From Octopus sinensis (Eukaryota): 64,000 nt of DNA. The stretch covers positions 26,474,001-26,538,000 of the forward strand of contig NC_043005.1 of the NCBI RefSeq assembly GCF_006345805.1. Direction: 5' to 3'. The notes under the pieces are model-generated. The model did no database searches and was not told where the DNA came from. It saw only the letters and a list, made by a program, of their open reading frames with translations. Position 1 is the first letter of the stretch, and every line of letters begins with the position of its first letter. A program made the translations under genes and the position numbers. Below, in pieces: positions 38,295 to 51,245 of this stretch.

Positions 38295-39254
38295 GTAAGC
38301 AGGCCTAAGCTTCAATGCTTAAAAGCTCCTAGGTATCCCTACCAGGATGTCATTGATCCTTTATCTGCTTAACAATAAGGGACAACGACAACAACAACAA
38401 CATCCCTTAACGTTCCCTATGAACTTTAACATATGTACATGGGGTTTTGTCATGTGACAATAGAAATGAGAGTTTTTGTAAATGTGGAAATAAATAGACA
38501 CTTGGAGAATGTCAGTCAGTCACTCAGATATTAGTGGTGGTGGTGGTGGTGGTGGTGGTGGCGGTGTGGTGGTGTCGATGTTGATGGTGGTGTTGGTGAT
38601 GGTGATGGCGATGGTGGTGGTGATGGTGGTGGGTGGCGAATGTTGTAACATATGCAAGAAACTATGGCGTTGTATTGTGATAAAAGTAAAAAAAAAACAA
38701 ACAAAAGAAAAAACAGGGCATCTGTTTCCCCGCATGCAACGATTAAGAGACAGGCTTAAATGCTGTTTGGGTAAAACATTCTGTTAGGAATTACAACCGT
38801 GTTTCGTGGTCTGCTACCACAACAGCTCCTTTATAGGATCCAGTTAGCTCAAGACATCATCAGGAGGAACCACGTCCTCTACCGTTTTGACGTGGTGGGG
38901 CTCCACCTTTCGGAGGTGTCTTCAGCTCTGGTGTTGGGTGCATGTCTTCTTTCTTCTTCTTTTTTCTGTTCCCTGGCCTCTTCGATGTATCGTCAGTGAG
39001 TGTCAGTTAGTAATTATGTGATTTCGGGTTCAATTTTCTTTGCATCTTGTTCTAGCATAGTCTCTCATTGATCACCATCTCGCAGGTGAAATTTGTTACA
39101 TAGAAACTATATTGAATTCTGTAATTGCTTATCAAGATGGTCCTTCATTAAGTTGCTACAATATAGTTGTTTGCGTACTTTTTTACTCTTTTTACTCTTT
39201 TTACTCTTTTTTTTTTTTGAAAATTAAAGGTGTCTATTTACTTCTCTTTTACTC

Positions 39255-39451
39255 TCATTTACTTGTTTCAGTCATTTGACTGTGGCCATGCTGAAGCACC
39301 GCCCTTAGTCGAGCAAATCGACCCCAGGACTTATTGTTTGTAAGCCAAGTACTTATTCTATCGGTTTCTTTTGCCGAACCTCTAAGTTACGGTGACGTAA
39401 ACACACCAGCATCGGTTGTCAAGCGATGCTGGGGGACAAATACAGACACAC

Positions 39452-39543
<92 letters not shown>

Positions 39544-39708
39544 TACGACGGGCTTCTTTCCGTTTTCGTCTACCAAATCCACTCACAAGGCTTTGGTCGA
39601 CCCGAGGCTATAGTAGAAGACACTTGCCCAAGGTACCACGCAGTGGGACTGAACCCCGAACCATGGAGTTGGTAAACAACCTACTTACCACACAGCCACT
39701 TCTACGCC
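39255..39708 (-). mobile_element. SINE family A, full length
   Basis: Family A architecture with a (TAAAAGAG)n-type tail. Confidence 0.92.
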
Positions 39709-39759
39709 TTGTACACAAGTTATTTGTAGATCTCCAGGCCATTATTTAGACAGTTTCCT

Positions 39760-39960
39760 TCATCTCTGAAAACAAAAGACAAATGAAGGGACATCAAGCA
39801 GGTGTATTAGATTGACGCTTGGGGGAGAATGGAAGAGTCTTTGACGTTTCGAGCCTGTGCTCCTCGACAGAAAGGGATGAGAGGAAAACATGGAGAAAGA
39901 GAAAGAGAGAGAGGTGGGAGAGAGAAGAACGGAGAGAGAAAAAATGTGCCGGAATTAACG
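39760..39960 (-). mobile_element. Family C-related element with a hammerhead-like motif (39839-39874)
   Basis: Minus strand reads CTTT-CTGTCGA-G-GAGC-ACAG-GCTC-GAAA-CG-T-C-AAAG, followed by AAGCG...CTAATAC as in family C. Confidence 0.6.
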
Positions 39961-40329
39961 GTTTAACATGATGAATATATATATATGTATACATACACAT
40001 ATACACACGTGTGTTTGTGTGTGTGTATACACGTGCTTTCTGTGTGTTTTCATTGTTTTATTTCTCGAATTTCTCACTAGCAGCGAAAGAGGTAGTTTGT
40101 AGCCAAGAAACAAGATCATTCCACTGGAATTTAGATGCCATCAACAGAGTATGTCGTGTAGTATGTATGTATGTATGTATGTATGTATGTATGTATGTAT
40201 GTATGTATGTATGTATGTATGCATGCATGCATGTATGTATGTATGTATGTATGTATGCATGTATGTATCATATAAATATAAGCATGCATGTATATACGCA
40301 CATAGGGACGCAATCATAGATGTCATTGT

Positions 40330-40852
40330 ATACGTGGATCCTATTACCTGCTGAACTTCATGAATGTTTTGCATATTTTGACAGTGTTTTTGCTAGCTTT
40401 CTGGTTTTATGAAAGCCATCTTCTCAATATGGTTACTGAGGAAGATAATGTATATAACTAAGTAAATCAATAATTATTGATAAATGTCTAAAGTTACAGT
40501 CTGTATAGAGTAGCTGCAAAGTTCAGCAAAGGTATTATCTTTTTCATTAATCTTAAACATCAAGTTAACTTCTCCTGGGTAACTGATTTCAAATGCTGGG
40601 CTTAATTTCCTTTTTGGTCCCACATTACTATGTCTGGTCTAGTATGATTACATTTTATTGAAGTCTTGTCAGAGATATCCAACCAGTGTGCCTTCCACGT
40701 CCCCCAAGCTTTCTATATTTGTCTCCTCAAGATTATTACCCCCATCGTATTTGTTCTATTCGAGACTATTATATTCTCACCACATAGTTATAGCTACACT
40801 TTGGTTAGAGTTTGTCTGATATTGTGAGAAACTTAGATAACCTTCTTGCATG
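40330..40852 (-). mobile_element. Old RLE-type LINE C-terminal relic followed by (TACA)n
   Basis: HTRPDIVMWD...EISYP...KINEK...TVKICKTF, ending like the copy at 14008-14244. Confidence 0.6.
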
Positions 40853-41229
40853 TTTCCAATAACTGTTTCAAATTGTTTTAAATTTTAGCACAAAGTCGGC
40901 AACTTTTTGGGTAGGAATAGGGGTTAGCCGATTACATCGACCCACATATTTCACTAGTGCGTTATTTTATCGGCTCTGAAAGAACGAAAGATTAAGCTGA
41001 TCTCGATGGAATTTGAACTCAGCATATAATGAGCCGGAAGAAATGTTGCTTAACATTCTGTCCGACACGCTAACGATTCAGCCAGTTAAACACCATCCAT
41101 GTTTCCAATAGTGATGACCAATAAGGACAAAGCAATTTCTTTTGTGCATTCAGAATCGAAGAAAAAAAAAATCCCAAGCAAAAAGCAGAAACCATCATCA
41201 CAATAAATGAATATTCTTAGCATTTATGC

Positions 41230-41865
41230 ATCATAAAGCTGCGAGTTGGCAGAATTGTTAGCAGGCCGGGAAAAATGCTTAACAGTATTTCGTCCGTCTT
41301 GGCGTTCTGAGTTCAAATTCCGCAGTGGTTGATTTTACCTTTCATTCTTTCGGGGGTCGATAAAATAAGTACCAGTTGAGTACTGGGGTCCATGTAATCT
41401 ACTTTGCCCTTCCTCCCATATTGCTGGCCTAGTGCTAAAATTTGGAACCAATATTTATGCATCTTATACTATGCAAGAAGCTTATCTAAGTTTCCCACAA
41501 TATAAAGCAAGCTCCTACCAAAGTGTTACGTGGTGAGAATATAAGTTTCACAGCTCTTTTCATCTCTTAATATCAACATTAATATATGTAAAAGAATATA
41601 TCTAAAAGAAACGGGGGTCGATAATCTTGAGGACACAAATATAAGAAGCTTGAATGATATGGAAGGCACACCGGTTGGATGTCCCTGACAAGACTGCTGT
41701 AAGCATGCTAGACCTGACATAACGATGTGGGACCAAGAAAGAAATTATGCGCAACAGTTGGAATTAATTAGCCAGAAGTTAACTTGATGTTTAAGATTAG
41801 TGAAAAAGATAATACCTTTGCTGAACTGATGAGAAATTTGCAGTTACTCCATACAGACAGTAATG
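41230..41865 (+). mobile_element. SINE B plus RLE-LINE relic; inverted counterpart of 40490-41090
   Basis: Shares TGCAAGAAG.TTATCTAAGTTTC and AAGTTAACTTGATGTTTAAGATTA.TGAAAAAGATAATACCTTTGCTGAACT with the reverse complement of 40490-40852. Confidence 0.7.
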
Positions 41866-42474
41866 TATATCATGCTTTTTTCTTTCATTTATTCTAAGAC
41901 CAACCATTTAATTTTACTTTGGAAATTTGATACACAAGCAAATTGTTGATTAGAGATTAGAATCCAAAGGGAGTTATGAAGTCTTGGCTGGAATAGTATT
42001 CTCACTTGCAAAAGTGATATCATTGCAGTGGTGTTATTTAGATTAAAATCACCTTCGGATATTCGTGTTACAAATTTCTCCATAATCTTAATAAAAGACA
42101 AGAAATAATTAGTAGAAACACATCGATGGTACTGCAGGTGTTTGCTAAATAAAATGATTTAATTTTAGATGTTGTTAAATTAAAATAATTTTTCTACATT
42201 TGATTTTAGATTTTGGTTCTTAAAAGTTTTCTATTCCACAAAAAGAAAAAAAGAATTGGCAAAGATGTGAGCTTCCGTGTGAATGTCCCTTTTCTGCCCT
42301 GAGAACGACAATAGATGTGTGTTTATGAGTACGCATGCACCTTTCTCTCTCTCTCTCTCTCTCTCTCTTTGTGACACTCTCTCTCTTCCTACCACTTTCT
42401 CTCTCTTCCACTCCCTCTGTCTCTGTTTCTGTCTTTCTGTCAGTCCCTGTCTCCCTCTTTCTGGCTATATATAT

Positions 42475-42525
<51 letters not shown>

Positions 42526-42537
42526 ACACACACACAC

Positions 42538-42583
<46 letters not shown>

Positions 42584-43299
42584 GAATACAAAAAATGGGA
42601 CAAGAACGTAAAACATCCAGATAGCTAGATGATACAAAAAAGGGACAAGAAAAAACACAGACAGTTCATTTGAAGTTTTCTTTCTTCAGTTGAGTTCCAG
42701 GTTATCTTTGCAATTTCGGCTGGTTATACTCGAGATTGCTGCAATCGGGCCAGCCCAAGGGAATATTATATATATATATATATTTAAAAAAATATATAAT
42801 AAAAAGAAACAAGATAAACAAACAGAGCAATCGACCCTATACGGGCGAGAACTTACCATCTCCTTTGGGTCAGAGAACCGCACGATTCTGTTCACCCGTC
42901 ACTGATTACGTTAGAATTTGGAGTCCCCGAAAATACTAGTGAGCCCTTTTCTGCGCTGAACGGGAGTGACGCAAAGCGGCCATTGGTTGTTGTGGTTGAT
43001 TGTTTTATGTCACGACAGATCATTATCGATGTGATCTACGACATCGTCCTATCATTGGAAAGTCTCTTAAAATCCGGTTCTTATTCCCCATTATCTGTTT
43101 CCTCTTCTCTCGCTCTTTCTCCTCCTCTCTCCCTTTTCTTGTCTTTCCCCTCTCCTTTACCCTCCCACTTCTACTTCTCTCTCTTCTCCACTCTCCTCAT
43201 CTTATTCCCTTTCCTTTTCCTCTTCCCTCTACTCTTCTCCGACTCTGTTCCTCTCGTCCTCCCTTCCTCTTCATAAAACAGATCAGTGCATAAAAAACG

Positions 43300-43790
43300 A
43301 TTACTGGCTTCCTCTCTCCAATCTCTTCCTCTTCATTTGTCCCAACACTTCTTCAGGGCAATAAGCCTTCACGTGACTAATACCTTCACGCTTATAATAT
43401 CTGAGATTTCTACACTGCACTACCAATCGTATCTCTTTGGGCTCCTGGAAGTATCTTTGCTTTTCGGGTAACGTTAAGCTCCCATCTAACCAAGCATTTC
43501 CTTTATGATCATCTTGGTGCCGTCAACCTACTCGCACAGTGCCGCCAAGTTTGTGACGATCCTAAATCCAAGACACTTCTCATGATTGTGAACTTTATTT
43601 TACAAATGTGCCATATTGTGGCACTTGCCTGCGGGCAGATATGTGAAGACATGGCTTAATGTCTTGTCTCGTCTCAGTCTCGGTCTCAAAGACCAAGCAC
43701 ACACTTCCATATTCCCTACTTCAGCCGATAAAATCCACATCTTCCCATACATCGGCATGGACTTCTTTCAATCATCTCTTTGAAGGCACA
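43300..43790 (-). mobile_element. Possible L1/Tx1-like ORF1 relic with a decayed zinc knuckle
   Basis: EIRLVVQCRNLRYYKREGISHVKAYCPE (43355-43430) and PMYGK...VGN parallel the ORF1 relic at 53211-54240. Confidence 0.4.
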
Positions 43791-43899
43791 TTAAAAGCTA
43801 CTCTACTTTTCAAGAGCTTACACCACGTTAATCATTGTCCGTTCTTCTTCAGATAATCAGAAAAAATTTTTGAGACATGGCATTATTATTATTATTTTT

Positions 43900-44340
43900 T
43901 CTTTTTTGTCAAAATTTGTTGACATTAGACTGTTTCTGTTATTGGCTTGGCTACCAGCATCTGTGTTTACATTACAAATTTGTTCAGTTTTGTTTCCTGT
44001 ATCTTTTCGAGAGGGACAATACTTGCATTTATATTTGTAGTTCCATCTGTTTATTTAAATGCCATTGTTATTTTCTTTGTCAATATATTTTTTTCTGTTT
44101 GGAATTTTCTATTCACAATTTTTTTCTCTTTCTTTTTTACAATATTTCTTTCAGTTTAAAACATGTCGAAGGAATAATATATGCCACGTCGTTTCTGGAT
44201 CACAAAAAGTCGTCGCTTCCCAAGATGAAGAAGAAGACATTTTTAAAGACGTGTAAATAAAGGAATATTTCAAAAATTACATAAATGTTGAAAAAACAGA
44301 AATCTTAATGTGCACCGAGGTAATGGGGCAGACGTTCCCC
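43900..44340 (-). mobile_element. Possible piggyBac-like transposase C-terminal relic
   Basis: CKYCPSRK (44004-44027), followed by frameshifted C/H residues, resembles the piggyBac cysteine-rich domain (CTYCPSK...C..C...C..H...C..C). Confidence 0.35.
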
Positions 44341-44356
44341 AAAAGTGCCAGAGTTC

Positions 44357-44432
<76 letters not shown>

Positions 44433-44990
44433 GAGTGAGAGAGCAGTTCATGCCATCAAAGTGACACTGGGGTAAAATATACGAAGCCCAATTACCCATC
44501 ATGACTACCCGTCTGATAAAGGTACACCAGGCACATGCATCACAACCATATGTGCGCGACATGGTGATCTCATATTAAGATAAACAGCACATGACCTTGC
44601 AGGTGGGGCCCAGTTAGAATTTTCTTCAGGTTGAGTAGCCCATCCCGCTCAAACGGTCCCTGAATAAGGGTTGTTTAAGGATGTTGAAAGAACCACCCAT
44701 GTTTCCAGAGGTGAACTATTCTCACACCCCAAAGAATCCCTCTCAACACATGGCTATGATGCTCCCCCACTACTTCTGCTCGTGATCAGAGATGCACATA
44801 TCGTCAGCCACTAAGGGACATGCTCAACTGGTTATGGTCAAACAACTGACAAGCAAATCTGTGGTATTGAGCAGATATTTGCTGTAGCCCATTTTTATAC
44901 CAAGACAAAACAATGTACATGATAACACTTCCAATCAGTTAAGATCAGAAGCCTGAGAGCCACTGCCTGGTTACTGCATCAGGGCATTTA
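44433..44990. mobile_element. ~560-bp non-coding element sitting inside an (ATT)n tract
   Basis: Higher-GC unique sequence with abrupt boundaries, (ATT)n on both sides and no ORF. Confidence 0.55.
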
Positions 44991-45002
44991 GTTTATTATT
45001 AA

Positions 45003-45041
<39 letters not shown>

Positions 45042-45144
45042 ATGTTATATTATTATTATATTATTATTATTATTATATTATTATTATTATTATATCATCA
45101 TCATCATCATCATCATCATATCATCATCATCATCATCATCATCA

Positions 45145-45187
<43 letters not shown>

Positions 45188-45419
45188 TTAGGCGGTGAGT
45201 TGGCAGAATCGTTAGTGCGCCGGACGAAATACTTAACGGTATTTCGTTCGTCTTTACGTTCTGAGTTCAAATTCCACCGAGGTCGACTTTGCCTTTCATC
45301 CTTTCATGCTTTGCTATTGAAGCAAATACATTAAATGTAATCAAGGAGAGGAAACCAGCCAATACTGCTGGTTACGATTGATTTTGTAATCCGGTACGAT
45401 ACCTGAGTGTTTATACAGG

Positions 45420-45674
45420 AAAATGAGAAATACCAAAACCATGTTAGGCAGATGAAGAGATTGTAGAACACATAACCGTTCCTGTGATAGTAGTGTGTGC
45501 ACTTGATACAGGCACCAAAACGGTTATCCAAGAGGCTGGAGAATAATGGGATTGAGACACGTTCTGTAAATTTACAGGAAAGCAAAACCCCTGTTTTCTG
45601 CTAAAAATCCCGAGAAAGATTGTTGTCACCAAACACCATAGGATAACATCTCTGCAGAATTAACATGTATGATG

Positions 45675-45675
<1 letters not shown>
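45420..45675 (+). mobile_element. R4/Dong-like 3' end relic followed by (AAT)n
   Basis: Frameshifted VPVIV.ALD...KRL...GI...LQE..LFSAK, resembling the VPVIVGALG...LQK..LLG.ARILR terminus. Confidence 0.55.
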
Positions 45676-45728
<53 letters not shown>

Positions 45729-45738
45729 GTAATAATAA

Positions 45739-45794
<56 letters not shown>

Positions 45795-46119
45795 ACACTA
45801 ATAACACATGTTTCTAATTAAAGAACAAAGAAAAAAAAACCGCTATCGATTCTATTTTCCTACCGTTCTTAAACAGTGACATTTTATTTTTTAAAAAAAT
45901 ATTTCTAAACCTGACACTCAGCGTATTACAAGAATCCATATAATCATTTCTGAGCAAATCCTTTATCTATTTTTTTTTTCTTTTTACGAAATAAACGACG
46001 TTTAAATATTGGTGCTAACTAACTCTTAGAATCGTTTTTATGGCATGACTCATGGAAATGCTTTCTCTAACCAACCACTACTTATTCTCTTAAATGCCAA
46101 CAGGGACTGCCTCTCTCCC

Positions 46120-46165
<46 letters not shown>

Positions 46166-46811
46166 GTCTCTCTCTGTAGCAACATCTCTTTTGGAAACCC
46201 TATACACCCATCCAAAGCACTCACTCGCCATTCCTCTCTCCGTCGCGCCGCTCGGTAGTAAGCTGTTTCAGTTAATTACAGGATATTAGACACCTGGAAC
46301 TGTGAAAATAAATTACTTAAGTATTCTCATGGGCGATTTCATTTCTTATAATTTATTGTAAAAGAGTTACACACACGCACGCACACGCACACACACACAT
46401 GTACGCATGCACGCACGCACACGCACACACACACATGTACGCACGCACGCACGCACAAACACATATGCATATGCATAATCATATATTCATGAAAATATAT
46501 AGACACACATGCGCACGCATGCACGCATGCACACACGTACACATACACATATGCATCCATACGAGCATACACGTACAATCATATATATCTATGCAAATAC
46601 ACACACACATGCACACACACACACACACACCATACACACATGCACACACACACGCACACACACACACATAATTATCCACACCTGATCTAAAATCCGAGCG
46701 AGTGGCGCGTTTGTAGTAATGCGTGTGTGTATTCAAATATGCGAATACAAATGTGCATTGTCTACACATATATAACGCTGAATGCAGGCATTCCCGAGTG
46801 GAAGGAAATTC

Positions 46812-47650
46812 GGATCTTTTCGGTTTCAACGGCAGTTTTTAAAAATGATTTCCACGTAGGCGCAGGAGTGGCTGTGTGGTAAGTAGCTTGTTTACCAACC
46901 ACATGGTTCTGGGTTCAGTCCCACTGCGTGGCACCTTGGGCAAGTGTCTTCTACTATAGCCTCGGGCCGACCAAAGCCTTGTGAGTGGATTTGGTAGACG
47001 GAAACTGAAAGAAGCCCGTCGTATATATGTATATATATATGCGTGCGTGTGCTTGTGCGTCTGTGTTTGTCCCCCTAGCATTGCTTGACAACCGATGCTG
47101 GTGTGTTTATGTCCCCGTTACTTAGCGGTTCGGCAAAGGAGACCGATAGAATAAGTACTGGGCTTACAAAAAGAATAAGTCCCGGGGTCGAGTTGCTCGA
47201 TTAAAGGCGGTGCTCCAGCATGGCCGCAGTCAAATGACTGAAACAAGTAAAAGAGTAAAAGAGTAAGAGTAAAAGAGAGTAGCTAAACACTTTTAAACTT
47301 CGTATTCTGGTAGAATGTGTTTATAAAACATCTTTTTCTCTTGGCTTTATTGAGAAAATTTTATAGTTTGTAAGAACTTTGTTGTTTTTTTCCTTCAATT
47401 TCTGCAATCTCAACCAATCAATGACGCCTATTGAGGTGAAAACATTCTGTGCCGTATGAATATGTCCCTCGTTTAAGAAACAGATTGGGTTTATTTACAT
47501 TTCTGAAGAAAAAAAGATATCCCCCCCCCCTAACTAACCCTAACCCTAAAACAGATTGAAATGCAATAGATCGATACTAGGGTCGTAATTATGGATGACA
47601 ATTTCATATGACACGGCTAGAAAAAACTGCCGTTCAAACCGAAAAGATCC
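46812..47650. mobile_element. Second Merlin-like MITE (inverted relative to 34682-35124), TSD GGAAATTC, with a nested SINE A
   Basis: Same TIRs; TSD at 46804-46811 and 47651-47658; CCCTAA repeats at ~47528-47548. Confidence 0.8.
46858..47280 (+). mobile_element. SINE family A, full length, nested in the MITE
   Basis: Complete from the head to the (TAAAAGAG)n tail. Confidence 0.93.
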
Positions 47651-48118
47651 GGAAATTCACTTTGCAATCATGAGTACCATTGTTCAATTCTTGTGTGGGG
47701 CATTTAGTATGGGATTGTTTGTTTTATTGAAGCAGTTCTGGAAATGAAAGACTAGACTTGGTGCTTAGTGAGACCATTCGCGTGGTCGTTGGTGGATGCG
47801 TCGGCTTTGATGTAGAGATGGAAGAGGGTGGAGAACAAGGAACAAACTCTAGAAATATCCAGAGTTGATCGAAACTGGAACAGAATGAATTCCTGCCGCA
47901 ATGGTGCGATACGATAATATCTTTTCTGTTGTTGATTCCAGAGGAAGTTAGTTTACGAAGACTCCCTCTGGAATTGACATCGGAGCAATAGTTTTGAACT
48001 CTACCACGGATTATTTTGGATATCCTTCTATTACTATCGCTTTCTTCTTCATTCTCTCTCTCTCTCCCTTTCTCTCTCTGTATGTATGTATGTGTATGTT
48101 AGTGTATGTATATATATA

Positions 48119-48193
<75 letters not shown>

Positions 48194-48372
48194 TCGTCTG
48201 AATTTTGGAAAAAAATCTTCATTATTATTAGCGCTTTCATTCCTCTCTACAACTTGTCAAATAAAATTTTATGATTGTACAAACAGTTTGTTCATTTATA
48301 TAAGGCTGATGTTTTTTTTTTTTCAGGGGCTGTTTGGAAGAAAACATTGTTTTTGTTTTTTGGGATGCTAGA

Positions 48373-48471
<99 letters not shown>

Positions 48472-48521
48472 GTTGGTAGGTAAGTAGGTTGGTAGATAGA
48501 TAGATAGATAGATAGATAGAT

Positions 48522-48566
<45 letters not shown>

Positions 48567-48706
48567 ATAGTCAGACAGATTCAAAAATACGTAGAGAGAG
48601 AAGGGGATCGCCCTTCTTATTCACCTTTTATTTAGTTAATCATTTACCATTGTATTGGAATCGGTTTAAGGATGGTGATCTCTTCAAAAAAAAAAAAGGT
48701 GCAGTG

Positions 48707-48863
48707 TGGTCATCACTGAAAGCCTTTTTACTTTCTTTCTCTCTTCCCCTCTCTTTTCTCCACTTTCTTTCTTTTTTACCTCTTTCTTTCTTTCTTTCTT
48801 TTTCTCCTCTTTGGGTTATATTTAGAATACAAAATGTACTATCGCCCCTTTTCTTTCAAGCGT

Positions 48864-48894
<31 letters not shown>

Positions 48895-49295
48895 CACATA
48901 TTAATAGTAATGGTAAGACAGCAAAAGAATAAATAAGACCTCGATATTATGTAAATAGAAGAATTTATCAGTAATATAATATGTGACAATTATTCGGTTT
49001 CGGATGTCGGGTTGGAAATCTGCTCCGACATCAAATAAAATGCTATGAAAATGACCGTTAAACAAAGGGAAGTAGATGACCCCTATTAAGACAAAAGAGT
49101 TATGTGAATGACCGTTAAGTAAAGGGGGGGGGGACCCGAAGAGGGGAAAGTAAAAAAAAGTAAAAACCGCTCATTGAATTCAGAGTTTTAGTATGGCAAC
49201 CAAATAATTGTCACGTATTATATTGCAGATAAATTCCTCTATTTACATAATATCGACGTCTTATTCATTCTTTTGTTGTCATACTATTACTATTA

Positions 49296-49337
<42 letters not shown>

Positions 49338-49488
49338 TGTGTAAAATGTTTGAAAGAAAAGGAGAAATAGTATATTCTATATTCTAAATATAACTCAAAG
49401 AGGAGAAAAAGAAAGAGGAAAAGAGAAGGAAAGTGGAGAAGAAGAGGGGAAAAGAAAAAGAAAGGAAAAAGACTTTCAGTGATGACCA
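48707..49488. repeat. Old inverted repeat with ~230-bp arms
   Basis: 48707-48939 and 49258-49488 are diverged reverse complements that include the same (CA)n/(TG)n tract. Confidence 0.7.
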
Positions 49489-49634
49489 ACAAGATGACCA
49501 GTGATGACCATCTTGCTTGGACATCTCTGCATGACGGACAGAGATAAAGCGAAACATTATTCCCATGGTCGTCCTTTACCTGCACAGTATAGAAATTTTT
49601 AAAGTGCTCCTTCTTCAAGTAGGTAAATTAAATC

Positions 49635-50209
49635 CTTTTCTACTCTAGGCACAAGACCCCAAAATTTGGGGCGAGGGAGCCAGTCGATTAGATCGACCCC
49701 ACTACGCAACTGGTATTTAATTTATCGACCCCGAAAGGATGAAAGGCAAAGTCGACCTCGGCGGAATTTGAACTCAGAACGTAGCGGCAGACGAAATACC
49801 TATTTCTTTATTACCCACAAGGGACTAAACATAGAGGGGACAAACAAGGACAGACATATGTATTAAGTCGATTACATCGACCCCAGTGCGTAACTGGTAC
49901 TTAATTTATCGACCCCGAAAGGATGAAAGGCAAAGTCGACCTCGGCGGAATTTGAACTCAGAACGTAGCGGCAGACGAAATACCTATTTCTTTATTACCA
50001 CAAGGGGCTAAACATAGAGGGGACAAACAAGGACAGACGTATTAAGTCGATTACATCGACCCCAGTGCGTAACTGGTACTTAATTTATCGACCCCGAAAG
50101 GATAAAAGGCGAAGTAGACCTCGGCGGAATTTGAACTCAGAACGTAGCGGCAGACGAAATACCGCTAAGCATTTCGCCCGGCTTGCTAACATTTCTGCCA
50201 TCTCGCCGC
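49635..50209 (-). mobile_element. SINE family B trimer (~184-bp period)
   Basis: Junction GAAATACC|TATTTC at 49800 and 49984. Confidence 0.93.
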
Positions 50210-50414
50210 TTTAAGCAGATAAATTAAATCAAGAAATATCTTCTGAAATTATTGAGATTATCAGCTCTTTTCTTTGGGAATTCCTAAATATTAGTTAAGC
50301 GTGTTTTATTTCTGAAATTCAGAGAGGAATTTCCATACATAAAGAAAGAACAACAACGCGTGGATGTGGTACATGTAAAGTATTAGCAGACGCTCAGGGA
50401 AGAAAAGAAAGGTA

Positions 50415-50449
50415 GTTTTACGTTTCGAACAAAGCTCTTCCTCAGAAAC
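50415..50449 (-). ncRNA. Minimal type-I hammerhead motif with a canonical core
   Basis: GTTT-CTGAGGA-A-GAGC-TTT-GTTC-GAAA-CG-T-A-AAAC: 4-bp stem I, canonical core plus one extra A, 4-bp stem II, ACGT palindrome, GUA triplet. Confidence 0.6.
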
Positions 50450-50649
50450 AGAAGACGGAAAAAAAATTCGCCAACGATCCACTTGTAGTTACATTTAGAA
50501 ATATATATATATATATATATATATAGTATGTATATATACGTTTAAATATTTGTGTGCAAGATTTTTTATGTGAAGTCGTGTGGTTGAAACTGGCAAAATG
50601 ACCATTCCGAAATATAACATATGTATATATTATATATATATATATATAC

Positions 50650-50766
<117 letters not shown>

Positions 50767-50806
50767 ATATATATATATATTATATATATTATATATATAT
50801 ATATTG

Positions 50807-51122
50807 TATAAAAGATCGTGGGTAAGGCGAAAACAATGCGAAGTAAATGCAAAGTAAATCACAAGAAAACAAATATATGAATTAATGTAGACTTATCTTG
50901 TATTCAATATTTTGTGGTTATGACCCCATTTTCAAGAAATTGACGACTGTTGCGATGTGCGTGTGTGTGGGACACACGATCACACACATTCTTGAAAATG
51001 GGGCCATAACCTCCAAAATATTGAATTCAAGGTATAGTCTACATTAATTCACATATTTGTTTACTTGTGATTTACCTTGCATTTACTTCGCATTGTTTTG
51101 GCTTTACCCACGATCTTTTATA
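50807..51122. mobile_element. Fold-back element with ~132-bp arms and a 50-bp spacer
   Basis: 50807-50938 and 50989-51122 are reverse complements; both ends are TATA. Confidence 0.82.
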
Positions 51123-51161
51123 AAATATATTCTACATAATGCTTCATAGTAATTATTCCAT

Positions 51162-51245
<84 letters not shown>

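Noticed and set aside
38795-38935. Scattered CTGATGA/CTGAAGA and GAAAC motifs on the minus strand
   Set aside because: They cannot be assembled into one hammerhead with valid stems.
49635-50209. Regularly spaced repeats resembling a CRISPR array
   Set aside because: The units are whole SINE bodies with no unique spacers, the context is eukaryotic, and there are no cas genes. The 18-bp repeats at 7345-7398 also lack spacers.
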